Below are positions 25,296 through 38,265 of a stretch of DNA of 64,000 nucleotides, in pieces. Source of the DNA: Mobula hypostoma (lineage: Eukaryota); assembly GCF_963921235.1 (NCBI RefSeq), contig NC_086097.1, forward strand, positions 188,110,001 through 188,174,000. Reading direction: 5' to 3'. The notes beneath the pieces are model-generated. The model was given only the letters and a program-made list of their open reading frames with translations, ran no database searches and was not told the origin of the DNA. Both the position numbers and the translations under genes were made by a program. Positions within the stretch are counted from its first letter, which is position 1; each line of letters opens with the position of its first letter.

Positions 25296-26879
25296 ATGGA
25301 GACTGAGGAATTTCTAAAGGCGCCGACCTTGGAGGCATTAGAGGATGCCAGGAAATCAGAATTGGCAGCTGTGGCCAAACAGTTGAATCTTTTTAAGGGG
25401 AAGTCGACAATGAGGAGAGCGGAGATGCACAGAGGTATCATAGAGCATTATGTATCTAAAGGTGTGTTTCCCCAAGGGGAGCTGGAGGTGGTATGTATAG
25501 GAAAACCTGGTGGAGAAGCAGTACAGCTGCAGATTGAAAAATTGAGACTCGAGCACAAGTTCCGGGTAAAACAGCTGGAGCGAGAAGAGAAGCAGTTAGA
25601 ACGCGAAGAGAGAATAAAACAGTTGGAGCGAGAAGAGAAGCAGTTAGAACGCGAAGAGAGAATGAAACAGTTGGAGCGAGAAGAGAAGCAGTTAGAACGC
25701 GAAGAGAGAATGAAACAGTTGGAGCGAGAAGAGAAGCAGTTAGAACGCGAAGAGAGAATGAAACAGTTGGAGCGAGAAGAGAAGCAGTTAGAACGCCAAG
25801 AGAGAATGAAACAGTTGGAGCAAGAAGAGAGGGACAGGCAGTTAGAACGAGAAGCAAGAGAGAAACAGAAGGAAAGGGAATTTGAGCTGGAGAAGTTAAA
25901 GATGACGATAGCACAGGGGCCCATGCCGAACCAAGGTGGAGGGTTCAGGGCGACCCAGGAGGTTAGGCTGGTTCCCCCAGTTGAGGAGACCGATGTTGGT
26001 CGGTACTTTCTCCATTTTGAAAAAGTTGCTGCAAGTCACAACTGGCCGAAGGATAAGTGGGCTGTTTTGCTTCAGAGTGTACTTAAAGGAAAAGCCCAAC
26101 AAGCTTACTCGGCCTTGTCCGCAGAAGATGCCCAGAGGTATGATGTGGTGAAAGAGGCCATACTCAGGATTTATGAGTTGGTCCCGGAGGCATACCGGTA
26201 GAGGTTCCGGAATGCGAGGAAGCAGTGGGGCCACACGTACTTAGAGTTTGCCCGTGAGATGCAGATGTATTGTGAGCGTTGGTGCGCCTCGAAAGGGGTC
26301 AATGGGGATTATGACAGACTGCTACAGCTAATCATGATTGAGCAGTTTAAAGGTTGTGTCCCTGAAGGTATGAGACCCTACCTAGATGAGAAAGAGGCAG
26401 AAACCTTAGCCGCAACTGCTAAGTTAGCGGATGGGTACGCGTTGACACATAAAACGAAGTTTACCCTGAGTAAAGGCTACCAGAAGGGTAGTCAGGACAG
26501 CAGAGAGAGTCTGTCAGAAAAGTCAGAAAGTAAGCCGGGGACTAGTGAGAAGGATAAGGAAGACCGGGAGCAGTTTGGTAGGAAGTCTCCTGGGGTCGTA
26601 TGCTATAATTGTGGGAAAGCCAGACACTTTGCGTCCAGGTGCTTTGCCCCAAAGGAGACGGGGAAAGGAAAAACAACGGCTCCGACTGGCTGTATTGAGC
26701 TGGTAAAGAAACCGCTACGGGAGAAGAGGTCTGATAAAGTTCAGGAAGGGCGCGAGAGGTTTATCTCCGCCGGATTGGTGTCGGTGAAGGAGGGGTTAAA
26801 CCCAGTTCCAGTACGGATCTGGAGAGACACTGGAGCTTGTCAGTCATTGATATTAAAGAGTGTGTTAGACTTTAGTTGA
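25296..26879 (+). pseudogene. gag-protease of the Gmr1-type element (internal stop at 26199-26201)
   Basis: VRLVPP..YFLHFEK..WPKDKW..LKGKAQQAY..YELVPEAYR*; CYNCGKARHFASRC; IWRDTGACQS. Confidence 0.88.
25569..25830 (+). repeat. 48-bp coding tandem repeat (KQLEREEKQLEREERM), five units plus a partial one
   Basis: aaacagttggagcgagaagagaagcagttagaacgcgaagagagaatg repeated almost perfectly. Confidence 0.95.
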
Positions 26880-27962
26880 GAGACTCAGACTGGGGAGGTC
26901 AGGGTGATAAAATGCATTGGGAAAGGGACTGAGGCAGTACCTTTGCACCAGATACACCTAAAAAGCGACTTGGTCTCCAGACCGGTCACGATTGGGGTGA
27001 GGCCCGAACGACCAATGGAAGACGTGGAGGTCTTACTCGGTAATGACCTCGCCGGCGGAGAGGTGTACCCAGCAGTAAGATTGACAAGCCAGCCTGCCAG
27101 GATTGAGGCCCCGCCCATGGACTCACAGGTTTATACCGTTTGCGCAGTGATTCGGTGCATGTCCAGAAAGGTTGCCGAAGTGAATATAGATTTGGCTGAG
27201 ACGTTTTTACCAGCCTTCTATCAGAAGGGGTTAGAAAGTGAGAAGCAGCGTAGTGAAATGGAAGTTAAGGTAGACTTATCATTAGCAAGGAAGGAATTTG
27301 TACAGGCACAGGAGCGAGATGAGGAGCTGATAGTTTTGGCGGAGACAGCTCTCTCTGAAACAGAATTAAAAAGGGAGCCAGTGGTCTATTATGTGAAGGA
27401 GGGAGTACTAAGGAGGAAATGGAGACCAAGTACCATGCCCGCAGATGAAGAATGAGGGGTGATGGTGCCGAAAATTTATGGGGATGACATTCTTAACCTG
27501 GCCCACAAGATACCCCTCATTGGACATTTTGGGGTGAGGAAAAGAGTCAGTAGAATCATGAGAGAGTTTTACTGACCGCCCAGGAGGAAGGATGCTATTG
27601 ACTATTGTAAACGTGAACTAACACAATTACAGGCTATTGATATGCTAACAGCTTGCGACGATAGGCGAACAAACCTAGTCGGTGTTATCACGAAAATTAA
27701 TGAGGCTAGGGTGCCACCTGATAAGGGGAAAACCCATTTTAAAAAGGTAAGTGTGGTGCCGACCAGATGAGAGAACTCTATTGGTTTGGCCAACTTTGCT
27801 GATGAGTTCTCTCACTTAACCCCCAAACAAAGCGAGCTGCTGCCAATAAAGCTAATTAAACGGCACGCACACGTATGTCCGGATGTCCCGAGGCGATGCA
27901 AAGAGCCGGGACATGGTGTTGTTGTCACACCAGGTCAGCCTAGTGAGCAACACCCCTATAGG

Positions 27963-28557
27963 ATTCTGACATGTCCCACATCCCATTCCCATTCTGACAT
28001 GTCTATCCACGGCTTCCTCTACTGTAAAGATGAAGCCACACTCAGGTTGGAGGAACAACACCTTATATTCCGTCTGGGTAGCCTCCAACCTGATGGCATG
28101 AACATCGACTTCTCTAATTTCCACAAAGGCCCCACCTCCCCCTCATACTCCATCTGTTACTTATTTTTATGCACACATTCTTTCTCTCACTCTCCTTTTT
28201 CTCCCTCTGTCCCTCTTAATATACCTCTTGCCCATCCTCTGGGTCACCCCCCTTGTCTTTCTTCCCGGACCTCCTGTCCCATGATCCTCTCGTATCCCCT
28301 TTTGCCTATCACCTGTCCAGCTCTCGGCTCTATCCCTCCCCCTCCTGTCTTCTCCTATCATTTTGCATCTCCCCCTCCCCCTCCAACTTTCAATCCCTTA
28401 CTCACTCTTCCTTCAGTTAGTCCTGACGAAGGGTCTCGGCCTGAAACGTCGATTGCACCTCTTCCTACAGATGCTGCCTGGCCTGCTGCGTTCACCAGCA
28501 ACTTTGATGTGTGTTGCTTGAATTTCCAGCATCTGCAGAATTCCTGTTGTTTGTTTT
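27963..28557 (+). mobile_element. Penelope 3' fragment (endonuclease C-terminus plus pseudo-LTR) inside the Gmr1 element
   Basis: Matches about 2166-2754; 11-bp TSD acccctatagg (27952-27962, 28558-28568). Confidence 0.93.
28419..28454 (+). ncRNA. Minimal hammerhead ribozyme in a Penelope fragment
   Basis: agtc-CTGACGA-agggtctcggcct-GAAA-cGTC-gatt (one G-U pair in stem I). Confidence 0.82.
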
Positions 28558-30548
28558 ACCCCTATAGGGTGATTAATTCAGTGACAAAAGGGCTAAAGAA
28601 CGCAGAAGCGTATATTGGCGATTTAGTGGTCTGGACTGACACGTGGGAGGAGCTCTTTAAAAAGCTATTTGAAGCCAGCCTGACAGTGAACCTCACAAAA
28701 AGTGAATTCGGCCACGGAAAGATCACTTATCTGGGATTTGTGGGAAGACAGGGGCAGCTGGCACTGATGCAGGCTAAGATGCAGGCTATCTCTGAAGTCC
28801 CCACCCCGACAGACAAGAGAGCCCCGAGAAGGTTCTTGGAGATGGTGGGGTACTATCGGAAGTTTTGCAAAAAAAAACTTTGCGGATATTACCCTCCCTC
28901 TTACTAACCTCTTGCCAAAGAATGCTAAGCTGATATGGGACGACCCTTGTTATCTTTGTCCGGGACGAAAACTACTGAGAGGTTACACTGATCACAACCC
29001 ATTAGTGTTATTGGCCACTATGAAGTTTGCTAAGTTGGAGCATGGTCTTAGAGGATTATTAAAATAACACATATAAAAGGAACGGAAAGGTGATGGCTGA
29101 CTGTCTGTCAAGGTGTTAACAACTTAAAATTCTCTGTATTAGCCAAATAGCTGATGACCTTGTATATTTGTGTGTATCTAATAATGTATTCATGCCTATA
29201 ATTTTTACCCCCGGTAAAAATCCTTTGAAGGATAGGGGTGTGACGAAAGACCAAGTTATCAGAAGATTGATGCTGATGAGAGAGATAAGAGAGACAAAAG
29301 GGAGAAGCGTTCAAAATGTTAACAAGAGACGAGAGAGATTAACGGAAAGAGACACAGTTCCGAGTATTGACAGACAGGTTGCTTTGAACCTGAACTGTTT
29401 GAAGTTTGATGGACAGGCGATACCCCAGCAGGGGGATAAAAGGAACAGGTTCACTAAGGCAAGACAGACACCACTAGATCACGAGATAACGAGACCCTGG
29501 AAGTGCGGTGTGCTCCCACAAGTTGGTGGAAGTTTGGAGGTCTGGTCACGGGACCGACCATAGACGCACAGGGTGAAAAGGTACGATCGGCGGGAACCTG
29601 GTGTGTGTGTCCGCCCTTGCCTGGGTGCCGGGTTCACTGTGGAAGAACGAACGTATCCGGAATGGAGGGGTCACAGTCGGTGATCTCAGAAGACATTAAA
29701 AGGGCTCGCACCGAAAGCTAACTGCAAGGAACATCAAAGGTCTGTGAATCGAAATTTGCATTCGCTTGCTCTCTCTCTCTCCAACGGCACAACAGCGATT
29801 ACTGCGAACTGTACTCAGCTGAACTGAACTCTGCGTCACTTGAGACTGATCATTTTACCCCTAGACTGCGATAGAGCTTGATTGATTCCTATTATCCTAG
29901 TTCTGTGTACATGTGTGTCTTATCATTGCTAACCTGTTGCATTTATAACCTTACGATTAGAGTACTGTGTTACTTATTTCTTTAATAAAACTTTCTTATT
30001 CCAGTAATCCAGACTAAGTGGTCCATTTCTGCTGGTTTAGCAACCCAGTTACGGGGTACGTAACAGTGGCAATAAACTCTACAGATTCACAACCTTCTGG
30101 CTAAAAGATTTATTCCTCACTTCCATTCAAAATAGACATTCCTCTATTCAGAGGCTGTGCCTTCTGGTCCTAGACTCCTTCACTACAGGAAACATCCTCT
30201 CCACATCCACTCTAACTAGGCCTTTCACCATTTGATAGATTTCACTGAGATACTCCCTCATTCTTCTCAATTAAGACAATAAGACATTGAAGCAGATTTA
30301 CGCCATCTGGCCCATCTAGTCTGCTCCGCCATTCAATCATGGTTGAATCTTCTTTTTCCTCCTCCTCAACCCCAGTTCCCAGACTTTGATGCCAGGTCCA
30401 ATCAAGAGCCTATCATTCTCTGCCTTAAATACATTCAACGACCTGGCCTCCACAACTGCATGTGGCAACAAATTCCTCAAATTCACCACCCTTTGGCTGC
30501 ATCTCTGTTTTGAAAGGGCATCCCTCTATCCTGAGGCTGTGCCCTCTT

Positions 30549-33500
30549 ATAGACAATAGGTGCAGGAGTCGGCCATTTGGCCCTTCGAGCCAGCACCGCT
30601 ATTCACTGTGATCATGGATGATCATCCACTATCAGTATCCAGTTCCTGCCTTATCCCCATAACCTTTGATTCCACTATCTTTAAGAGATTTATCCATCTC
30701 TTTCTTGAAAGCATCCAGAGACTTGGCCTCCACAGCCTTCTGGGGCAGAGCATTCCATACAACCACCACTCTCTGGGTGAAAAAGTTTTTCCTCAACTCC
30801 ATTCTAAATGGCCTACCCCTTATTCTTAAACTGTGGCCTCTGGTTCTGGACTCACCCATCTGCGGAAACATGCTTCCTGCCTCCAGCATGTCCAATCCCT
30901 TATATGTTTCAATAAGATCCCCTCTCAGCCTTCTAAATTCCAGCGTATACAAGCCCAGTTGTTTCAATCTTTCAACATATGACAGTCCCGCCATCCCAGG
31001 AATTAACCTTGTGAACCTACGCTGCACTCCCTCAATAGCAAGAATGTCCTTCCTCAAATTTGGAGACCAAAACTGCACACAGAACTCCAGGTGTGGTCTC
31101 ACCAGGGCCCTGCCTCTTTGCTCTTGTACTCAATTCCCCTTGTTATGAAGGCCAGCATGCCATTAGCTTTCTTCACAGCCTGCTGTACTTGCCTGCTTGC
31201 TTTCAGTGACTGATGTACAAGAACACCTAGATTTCGTTATACTGCCCCTTTTCCCAACTTGATTCCATTTAGATAATAATCTGCCTTCCTGTTCTTACCA
31301 CCAAAGTGGATAACCTCACATTTATCCACATTAAACTGCATCTGCCCACTCACCCAGCCTGTCCAAGTCACCCTGCATTCTCATAACATCCTCCTCACAT
31401 TTCACACTGCCACCCAGCTTTGTGTCATCGGCAAATTTGCTAATGTTACTTGTAACTCCCTCATCTAAATCATTAATATATATTGTAAACAGCTGCCTTC
31501 CCAGCACTGAACCCTGCAGTACCCCACTGGTCACCGCCTGCCATTCCAAAAGGGACCCATTAATCGCTACTCTTTGTTTTCTGTCAGCCAGCCAATTTTC
31601 AATCCATGTCAGTACTCTGTCCCCAATACCATGTGCCCTAATTTTGCCCACTAATCTCCTATGTGGGACTTGATCCAAGGCTTTCTGAAAGTCCAGGTAC
31701 ACTACATCCACTGGCTCTCCCTTGTCCATTTTCACAGTTACATCCTCAAAAAATTCCAGAAGATTAGTCAAGCACGATTTCCCCTTCGTAAATCCATGCT
31801 GACTCGGACCGATCCTGTTTCTGCTATCCAGATGTGTCGTAATTTCATCTTTTATAATTGACTCCAACATCTTTACCACCACCGACATCAGGCTAACCGG
31901 TCTATAATTCCCTGTTTTCTCTCTTCCTCCCTTCTTGAAGAGAGGGACAACATTAACCACCCTCCAATCCACAGGAACTGATCCTGAATCTATAGAAAAT
32001 TGGAAAATGATTACCAATGCGTCCACCATTTCTAAAGCCACCTCCTTAAGTATCCTGGGATGCAGACCATCAGGTCCCAGGGATTTATCAGCCTTCAGAC
32101 CCAACAGTCTATCCAACACCATTTCCTCCCTAATATAAATTTCCTTCAGTTCATCCATTACCCTAGGTCCTTTGGCCACTATTACATCTGGGAGATTGTT
32201 TGTGTCTTCCCTAGTAAAGACAGATCCAAAGTACTTGTTCAACTCGTCTGCCATTTCCTTGTTCCCCATAATAAATTCACCCGTTTCTGTCTTCAAGGGC
32301 CCAATTTTGGTCTTAACTAATTTTTTCCTTTTCACATACCTAAAGAAGCTTTTACTATCCTCCTTTATATTCTTGGCTAGTTTACCTTCGTACCTCATTT
32401 TTTCTCCACATATTGCCTTTTTAGTTACCTTCTGTTGCTCTTTAAAAGTTTCCCAATCCTCCGGCTTCCCACCCGTCTTTGCTATGTTATACTTCTTCTC
32501 TTTTATTTTTATACTGTCCATTACTTCCCTTGTCAGCCGCGGCCTCCCCTTACCCCCCTTTAGGATCTTTCTTCCTCTTTGGAACGAACTGATCCTACAC
32601 CTTCCGCATTATTCCTAGAAACACTTGCCATTGCTGTTCCACTGTCATTCCTGCTAGGGTATTGTTCCATTGAACTTTGGCCAGCTCCTCCCTCATAGCA
32701 CCATAGTTCCCTTTGATCAACTGTAATACTGACACTTCCGAGTTTCCCTTCTCCCTCTCAAATTGTAGATTAAAACTTATCATATTATGGTTACTACCTC
32801 CTAATGACTCCTTTACCTCGAGGTCCCTGAACAAATCTGGATCATTGCACAACACTAAATCTAGAATTGCGTTCTCTCTGGTAGGCCCCAGTACAAGCTG
32901 TTCTAAGAATCCATCTCGGAGGGACTCCACAAACTCCCTTTCTTTGGGTCCAGTACCAACCTGATTTCTCCAGTCTACCTGCATGTTGAAATCCCCCATA
33001 ACAACTGTAGCATTACCTTTGTGACATGCCAATTTTAAATCTTGATTCAACTTACACCCGACATCCAGACTACTGTTTGGGGGCCTGTAGATAACTCCCA
33101 TTAGGGTCTTTCTACCCATACTGACTCTACGTCTCCTGATTTTATGTCCCCCCTGGCAAGAGCCACACCACCCCCTCTGCCCATCAGTCTGTCCTTTTGA
33201 TAGGACGTATACCCTTGAATATTCATTTCCCAGGCCCTGTCCACTTGAAGCCATGTCTCTGTTATTCCCACAACATCATATTTACCAATTTCCAACTGTG
33301 CCTCAAGCTCGTCCACTTTATTTCTTATACTTTGTGCATTCATATATAATACTTTTAGTTCATTACTCCCCTGTCCTCCCATATCAGTTCCTATTTCACT
33401 TGGCCATACTGTACGATCCCCTCTTGAGCTTTCTGCTCTGTTGATTCTGCTGTCTTTCTTAACTTTTCTTATTCTCACTTTCCCTTTATCTCCATCCTTA

Positions 33501-34367
33501 TATTTCCAGTTCTTCCCCTCCCCCCCCACTACTTAGTTTAAACACACCCGTGTTGCAGAGGCAAACCTGCCTGCCAGAATGCTGGTGCCCCGCTTATTAA
33601 GGTGCAACCTGTCCCTTTTGTACAATTCATCCTTACTCCAAAACATACCCCAATGGTCCAAGAATACAAATCCTTGCTTCCTGCACCAGTTCCTCAGCCA
33701 CACATTCAGATCCACTATCTCCCTGTTCTTGCCCACTCCAGCACGAGGAACTGGAAGCAAACCGGAGATAACCACCCTGGAAGTCCTGCTTTTCAGCCAC
33801 CTTCTGAGTTCTCTGAAGTCGTGCTGTAGAATGTCTTTCCTCTTCTTCCCCACATCATTTGTGCTGACATGCACCACCACTTCCGGATGTTCACCTGCAC
33901 TCTTGAGGATTCCCTGCAATCGGTCCGTGACATCCTGGATCCCGGCACCAGGGAAGCAACACACCATCCTTAAATCTTGCCTGTTGCCACAGAAACCCCT
34001 TACTGTACCTCTCACTATGGAGTCCCCTACTACCACGGCTCTGCCTGACGTCTGTCTCCTCGGCTTTGCTTCAGCGCCAATTGCTGACTTGCAGACCTGA
34101 CCGCCTCTCAGGCTGGCATCATCTTCTGTCCCGACAGCTTCCATGAGGGTGAGCCTGTTTACGAGAGGCACATCCCCCGGGGTCTCCTGTACTTCAAGCA
34201 TCCTTTCCTTGCTCATCGTCGCCCCTTCTCTCTTCCGGTGTCCTCAGTGTAACGACGTCACTGTAGGTCCTGTCCAGAAAACTCTCGTTTTCCTGGATGA
34301 ACCCAAGGTCATCCAGTTTCCTCTCCAGTGCTGCAACACGGTCCTTCAGAAGCTGAATCTGGACACA
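30549..34367 (-). mobile_element. Near full-length CR1 with ORF1 SGNH-esterase domain and disrupted ORF2
   Basis: ORF 33533-34216 with VGDSIVRG, HVSTND, DRLHLN; APE 32595-33529; RT 31331-32521; tail agacaatagg. Confidence 0.92.
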
Positions 34368-36116
34368 TTGTTCAAGACTCTCCCACCATGGGAAACATCA
34401 TTTCCATATCTACTCTGTCCAAGCCTTTCAACATTCAAAAGGTTTCAATGAGATCCCCCCCCCGCCCGATACTTATGAATTCCAGCGAGTACAGACCCAT
34501 CAAACGTTCCTCGTATGATACCCGTTTCATTCCTGGAGTCATCCTTGTGAACCTCCGCTGGACCCTCTCCAATGCCAGCATTTCTTTTCTAAGATGAGGG
34601 GCCCAAAACTGTTCACAATACTCAAGGTGAGGCCTCACCAGTGCCTTACAAAGCCTCAGCATCACATCCTTGCTCTTGTATTCTAGCCAAATGAAATGAA
34701 AGCTAACATGGTATTTGCCTTCCTCACTATCAACGCAACCTGCAAGTTAACCTTTAGGGCGTTCTGCACAAAGACTCCCAAGTCCCTTTGCACCTCAGAT
34801 ATTTGGATCTTCTCCCCGTTTAGAAAATAGTCCGCACATTTATTTCTACTACCAAAGTGCATGACGATGCATTTCCTGATGTTGCATTTCATTTGCCACT
34901 TTCTTGCCCATTCTCCTTATCTGTCTAAGTCATTCTGCATCCTACCTGTTTCCTTAACACTATCTGTCCCTCCACCAATCTTTGTATCATCTGCAAACTT
35001 GGCAACAAAGCCATCTATTCCATCACCTAAATCATTTATATACAGAATAAAAAGAAGTTGTCCCAACACTGACCCCTGCGGAACACCACTGGTCACTGGC
35101 AGCCAACCAGAAAAGGATCCTTTTATTCCCACTCACTGTCTCCTACCAATCAGCCAATGCTCTAACCAGATTAGTAACTTTCCTGTATTACCATGGGTTC
35201 TTAACGTGGTAAGCAGCCTCATGTGTGGCACCTTATCAAAGACCTTCTGAAAGTCCAAATATACAACATCCACTATATCCCCTTTATCTAACCTACTAGT
35301 AATCTTCTCAAAGAACTCCAACAGGTTCATCAGGCAGGGTTTTCCCTGAAGGAAATTATGCTGACTTTGTACTATCCTGTCCTGTGTCACCAAGTAATCC
35401 ATCACTTCATCCTTAACAATTGACTCTAACATCTTCCCAACCACTGAGGTCAGGCTAACTGGTCTATAATTTCCTTTCTGCTGCCTTCCTCCTTTCTTAA
35501 AGAGTGGAGTAACATTTGCAATTTTCCAGTCCTCTGGCACTATGCCAGAGTCCAGTGATTTTTGAAATTCATTTCTATTGCGACCACAATCTCTAACACT
35601 ACCTCTTTCAGAACCCTAGGATGCAGTTCCTCTGGTCTGTGTGACTTACGTACCTTTAGGTCGTTTAGTTTTTTGAGCACCTTCTCTCTTGTAATAGTAG
35701 TTGCACCCACCTCCCTTCCTTCTCACACTAAAACATCAGGCATACTGCTGGTGTCTTCCACAGTGAAGGCTGATACAAAATACTCATTTAGTTCATCAGC
35801 CATCTTGTCTCCTGTTATTATTTCTCCTGCCTCATTTTCTAGCAGTCCTATATCCACTCTCATTTCTTTTATTTTTAACATACTTGAAAAATCTTTTACT
35901 ATCCACTTTTAAATTTGCTTTTAAATTTCATTTCTTCCCTTCAAATTATTTTTTTTGTTATTATCCGTAAGTTTTTAAAAACTTCCTAATCCTCTATCTT
36001 CCCACTAATTTTTGCTTTGTTGTTTTGCTTCTTTTGCTTTTACAATAGCTTTGAATTCCCTTGTCAGCCATGGTTGTACTATTTTACCATCTGAGTATTT
36101 CTTCATTTTTGGAATA

Positions 36117-36825
36117 CAGGTGTGCCCCACTTTATTCAAGTTTGCTTTATGCCACTTCGCTTTTACGAAAGATCTACATTAGTACCTGTTTTCGCTAACC
36201 GAAAGAAATCCGAAGAGGATTTTCGCTTTTATGAAAAAAGGCACCCGCTTTAAACTTGTGTTTACCCTGAGAAAGACTACCATGACCATAAAGCCTTGTG
36301 CTTAGGTTTTATGAGCTATTTGGTATGATTTGGTAAGTTATTTTTTGGGTCTGGTAACGCTCAAGAATGCTTCCCATATAAATTTTTTCTTTGGCGTGTG
36401 CCTGCATGCGTGCGAGCCTGTGCCTGTGCGTCTGCGTCTGCGTGTCTGTGTGTGCGTCCATGAGGATGGGTTTTTCATGGCTTTTTCCAAGGCACAGAGC
36501 GAGAGAGAGAGACTGTGTGGTGCACCACTCCTCACACAGACATTTTTGCAGTATTTTCCCTTTGTTTTTTTAATGAGGTCGAGTTGCTTTCTCAATACTC
36601 AACCGAGCACGGATGGAAAGCGTGCTCGGGGGCAGACCCGACTAGTTTCGAACCCAGGAACCTCCACTCCTGGGTCCGGCGCCGAGGTCATTGCGCCAAC
36701 AGCCAGTCTGTCAGCCAGTCTGTTTCTCATATAAATTAATGGTAATTGCTTCTTCGCTTTACGCTATTTCAGCTTACGAAAGGTTTCACGGGAATGCTCT
36801 ACTTTCGGATAGCGGGGGAAACCTG
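36117..36825 (+). mobile_element. Internally deleted Tigger/pogo derivative
   Basis: TA TSD; ends caggtgtgcccc / gcgggggaaacctg; right end matches the reverse complement of the left end of 54566-56211. Confidence 0.85.
36385..36727 (-). mobile_element. tRNA-derived SINE, family not recognised, inserted in the Tigger derivative
   Basis: Minus strand A-box tggcgcaatgac and B-box ggttcgaaac (about 36645-36698), A-rich end, TSD catataaatt (36375-36384, 36728-36737). Confidence 0.75.
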
Positions 36826-37104
36826 TACATATGTCCTGCACCTTCCTCACCTTTTCCCAGAAATGCACACCATTACTGCTCTGCTGACATCCCTGCCAGC
36901 AGCTCCTTCCAATTTATTTCACTTACTCCACTGAAACACTGCTACAGTAGACTTTACTTTCTCCCTATCAAATTTCAAATTGAACTCGATCATAATTAAA
37001 CTGAAGTCCAGTGTGTAGAGATCCAGAGCCATCAAACATTCATCATACATTAACTGTTGCATTCACAAAATTATTCCCACAATCCTCTCTGAACCCTCTC
37101 CAAT

Positions 37105-38265
37105 CAGTGCCAGATTAACCTAGTAGCAAAGGTAGCATATTCCACGGGCCCCGTGTTTTCAAGGGCCCCACACTAAATGCTTGCAAGCTGCAGTCTGGTG
37201 AAATTGGCATCTCACCATATTCTCATGACGATCTGGCAACGCTGTTCTTTTCATGTTGGGGAAGCTGCCTGCTGCGTAGTATGTGTGTGCAGGCACGTGT
37301 TGGCTCCTTGCTGTGTCGTGGTGACCTTTGTGCTATCTCCCACGCTCCCAAGCTGCTGCAGCGTGCGCTGTTACGCCACTGGAGGGTGTGCCGCCGCAGT
37401 GAGCCTGTGACAAGGGATGTGCGACTCGACAGTTTTATGTGATCCAGTTCATGATTCCTGATTTTTTTCCTGATTTTAGGTAGTCCGAACCAGCTCAGGA
37501 ACATAAAAGATCAGATTAGACTGTGAGTTTCAACCTGTATTTCCCAATTGAAATGAGTTTCAATAAGCAACTAAACAGATAAATTTTAGAACACTATTCC
37601 TAGTTGGTTGTTGAGTGCATGTGATCCACACACGCTCATAGCCACAACAGTCACATAAATTTGTTATTGTTCACTAGTCTTTGTTGATACCGCTACTTAG
37701 CTTTTGTAACATAAACTATTTGTTTTTAAATGCATATTTCATTTTCTTTTCCATTGCAGATCGCAATGAGCAATAGAGCCAGAGATATTGGACGTCATTA
37801 TGCTTTTGGAAGTGCAAAACGTAAAGTGAAGGAAGAAAAAGAACGAAGAGACCAACTTGTGATATCAAAAACACGTGAGTTGACAGAATATTTTGATGGT
37901 CATGGAGATGGTGATGGTGCTATAATGGCTGAAGCTGGAAATATAGGAACAACTAGTTCTAGTGTGGCAGAAGGCACGATACAGCAACAGCCAGCATCCA
38001 TTGGATGCGAAAGAACAAGTGAAAAGAACAAGTACTCTAATGATATTGGTGAATGGCTAAACAATCTAGATGATTGTGATCGTGAATATTGGATAGCCAA
38101 GGGAAGTGATGAATGTCAACATGCTAAGAGTGACTTCCCTTCATCCATGCGATTGTATGACAACGAAAAGAAACCTCGGCACTGTCAGAAGTCTTATTTT
38201 ACAATTGTTCATAAACCTACAAACAAGCAACATGCAAGAAATTGGTTATGCTATTCAATGCGGAA
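37105..38265 (+). mobile_element. 5' part of the same hAT family as 6759-21855, with transposase N-terminus
   Basis: cagtgccagattaacctagtagcaaaggtagcat matches the reverse complement of about 21820-21855; ORF 37730-38272 SAKRKVKEEK..SNDIGEW..RNWLCYS. Confidence 0.85.

Larger units (their letters stand above)
24357..30065 (+). mobile_element. Gmr1-type Gypsy LTR retrotransposon, internally deleted
   Basis: LTRs 24357-25196 and 29239-30065; TSD gtgg; PBS tggggttctcgtcc (tRNA-Pro-like) at 25201; PPT before 29239. SCAN-like capsid, CCHC knuckle, protease RDTGA; integrase zinc-finger start (AHKIPLIGHFG, about 27500) lies upstream of RT/RH remnants (YIGD, FLEMVGYYRKF). Confidence 0.92.
24158..30270 (-). 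mobile_element. CR1 3' fragment split by the Gmr1-type element
   Basis: gacttggcctccacagcaatctgtgg | caataaactctacagattcac is continuous CR1 3' sequence (compare 12815-12860). Confidence 0.8.
30272..36990 (-). mobile_element. CR1-clade LINE, interrupted by another CR1 and a Tigger derivative
   Basis: 3' end at 30272-30548 resumes at about 34368 (tgccctctt|gttcaagactctccc); RT motifs in 34435-35540; continues after 36827. Confidence 0.82.

Noticed and set aside
25569..25830. CRISPR-like array
   Set aside because: No unique spacers; it is an in-frame coding tandem repeat in a eukaryotic retroelement.
27786..28907. 373-aa ORF as an endonuclease-RT fusion
   Set aside because: Chance read-through across a TSD-bounded Penelope insert inside a deleted Gypsy pol.
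36630..36710. tRNA gene
   Set aside because: A and B boxes are present but it is the head of a TSD-flanked SINE.
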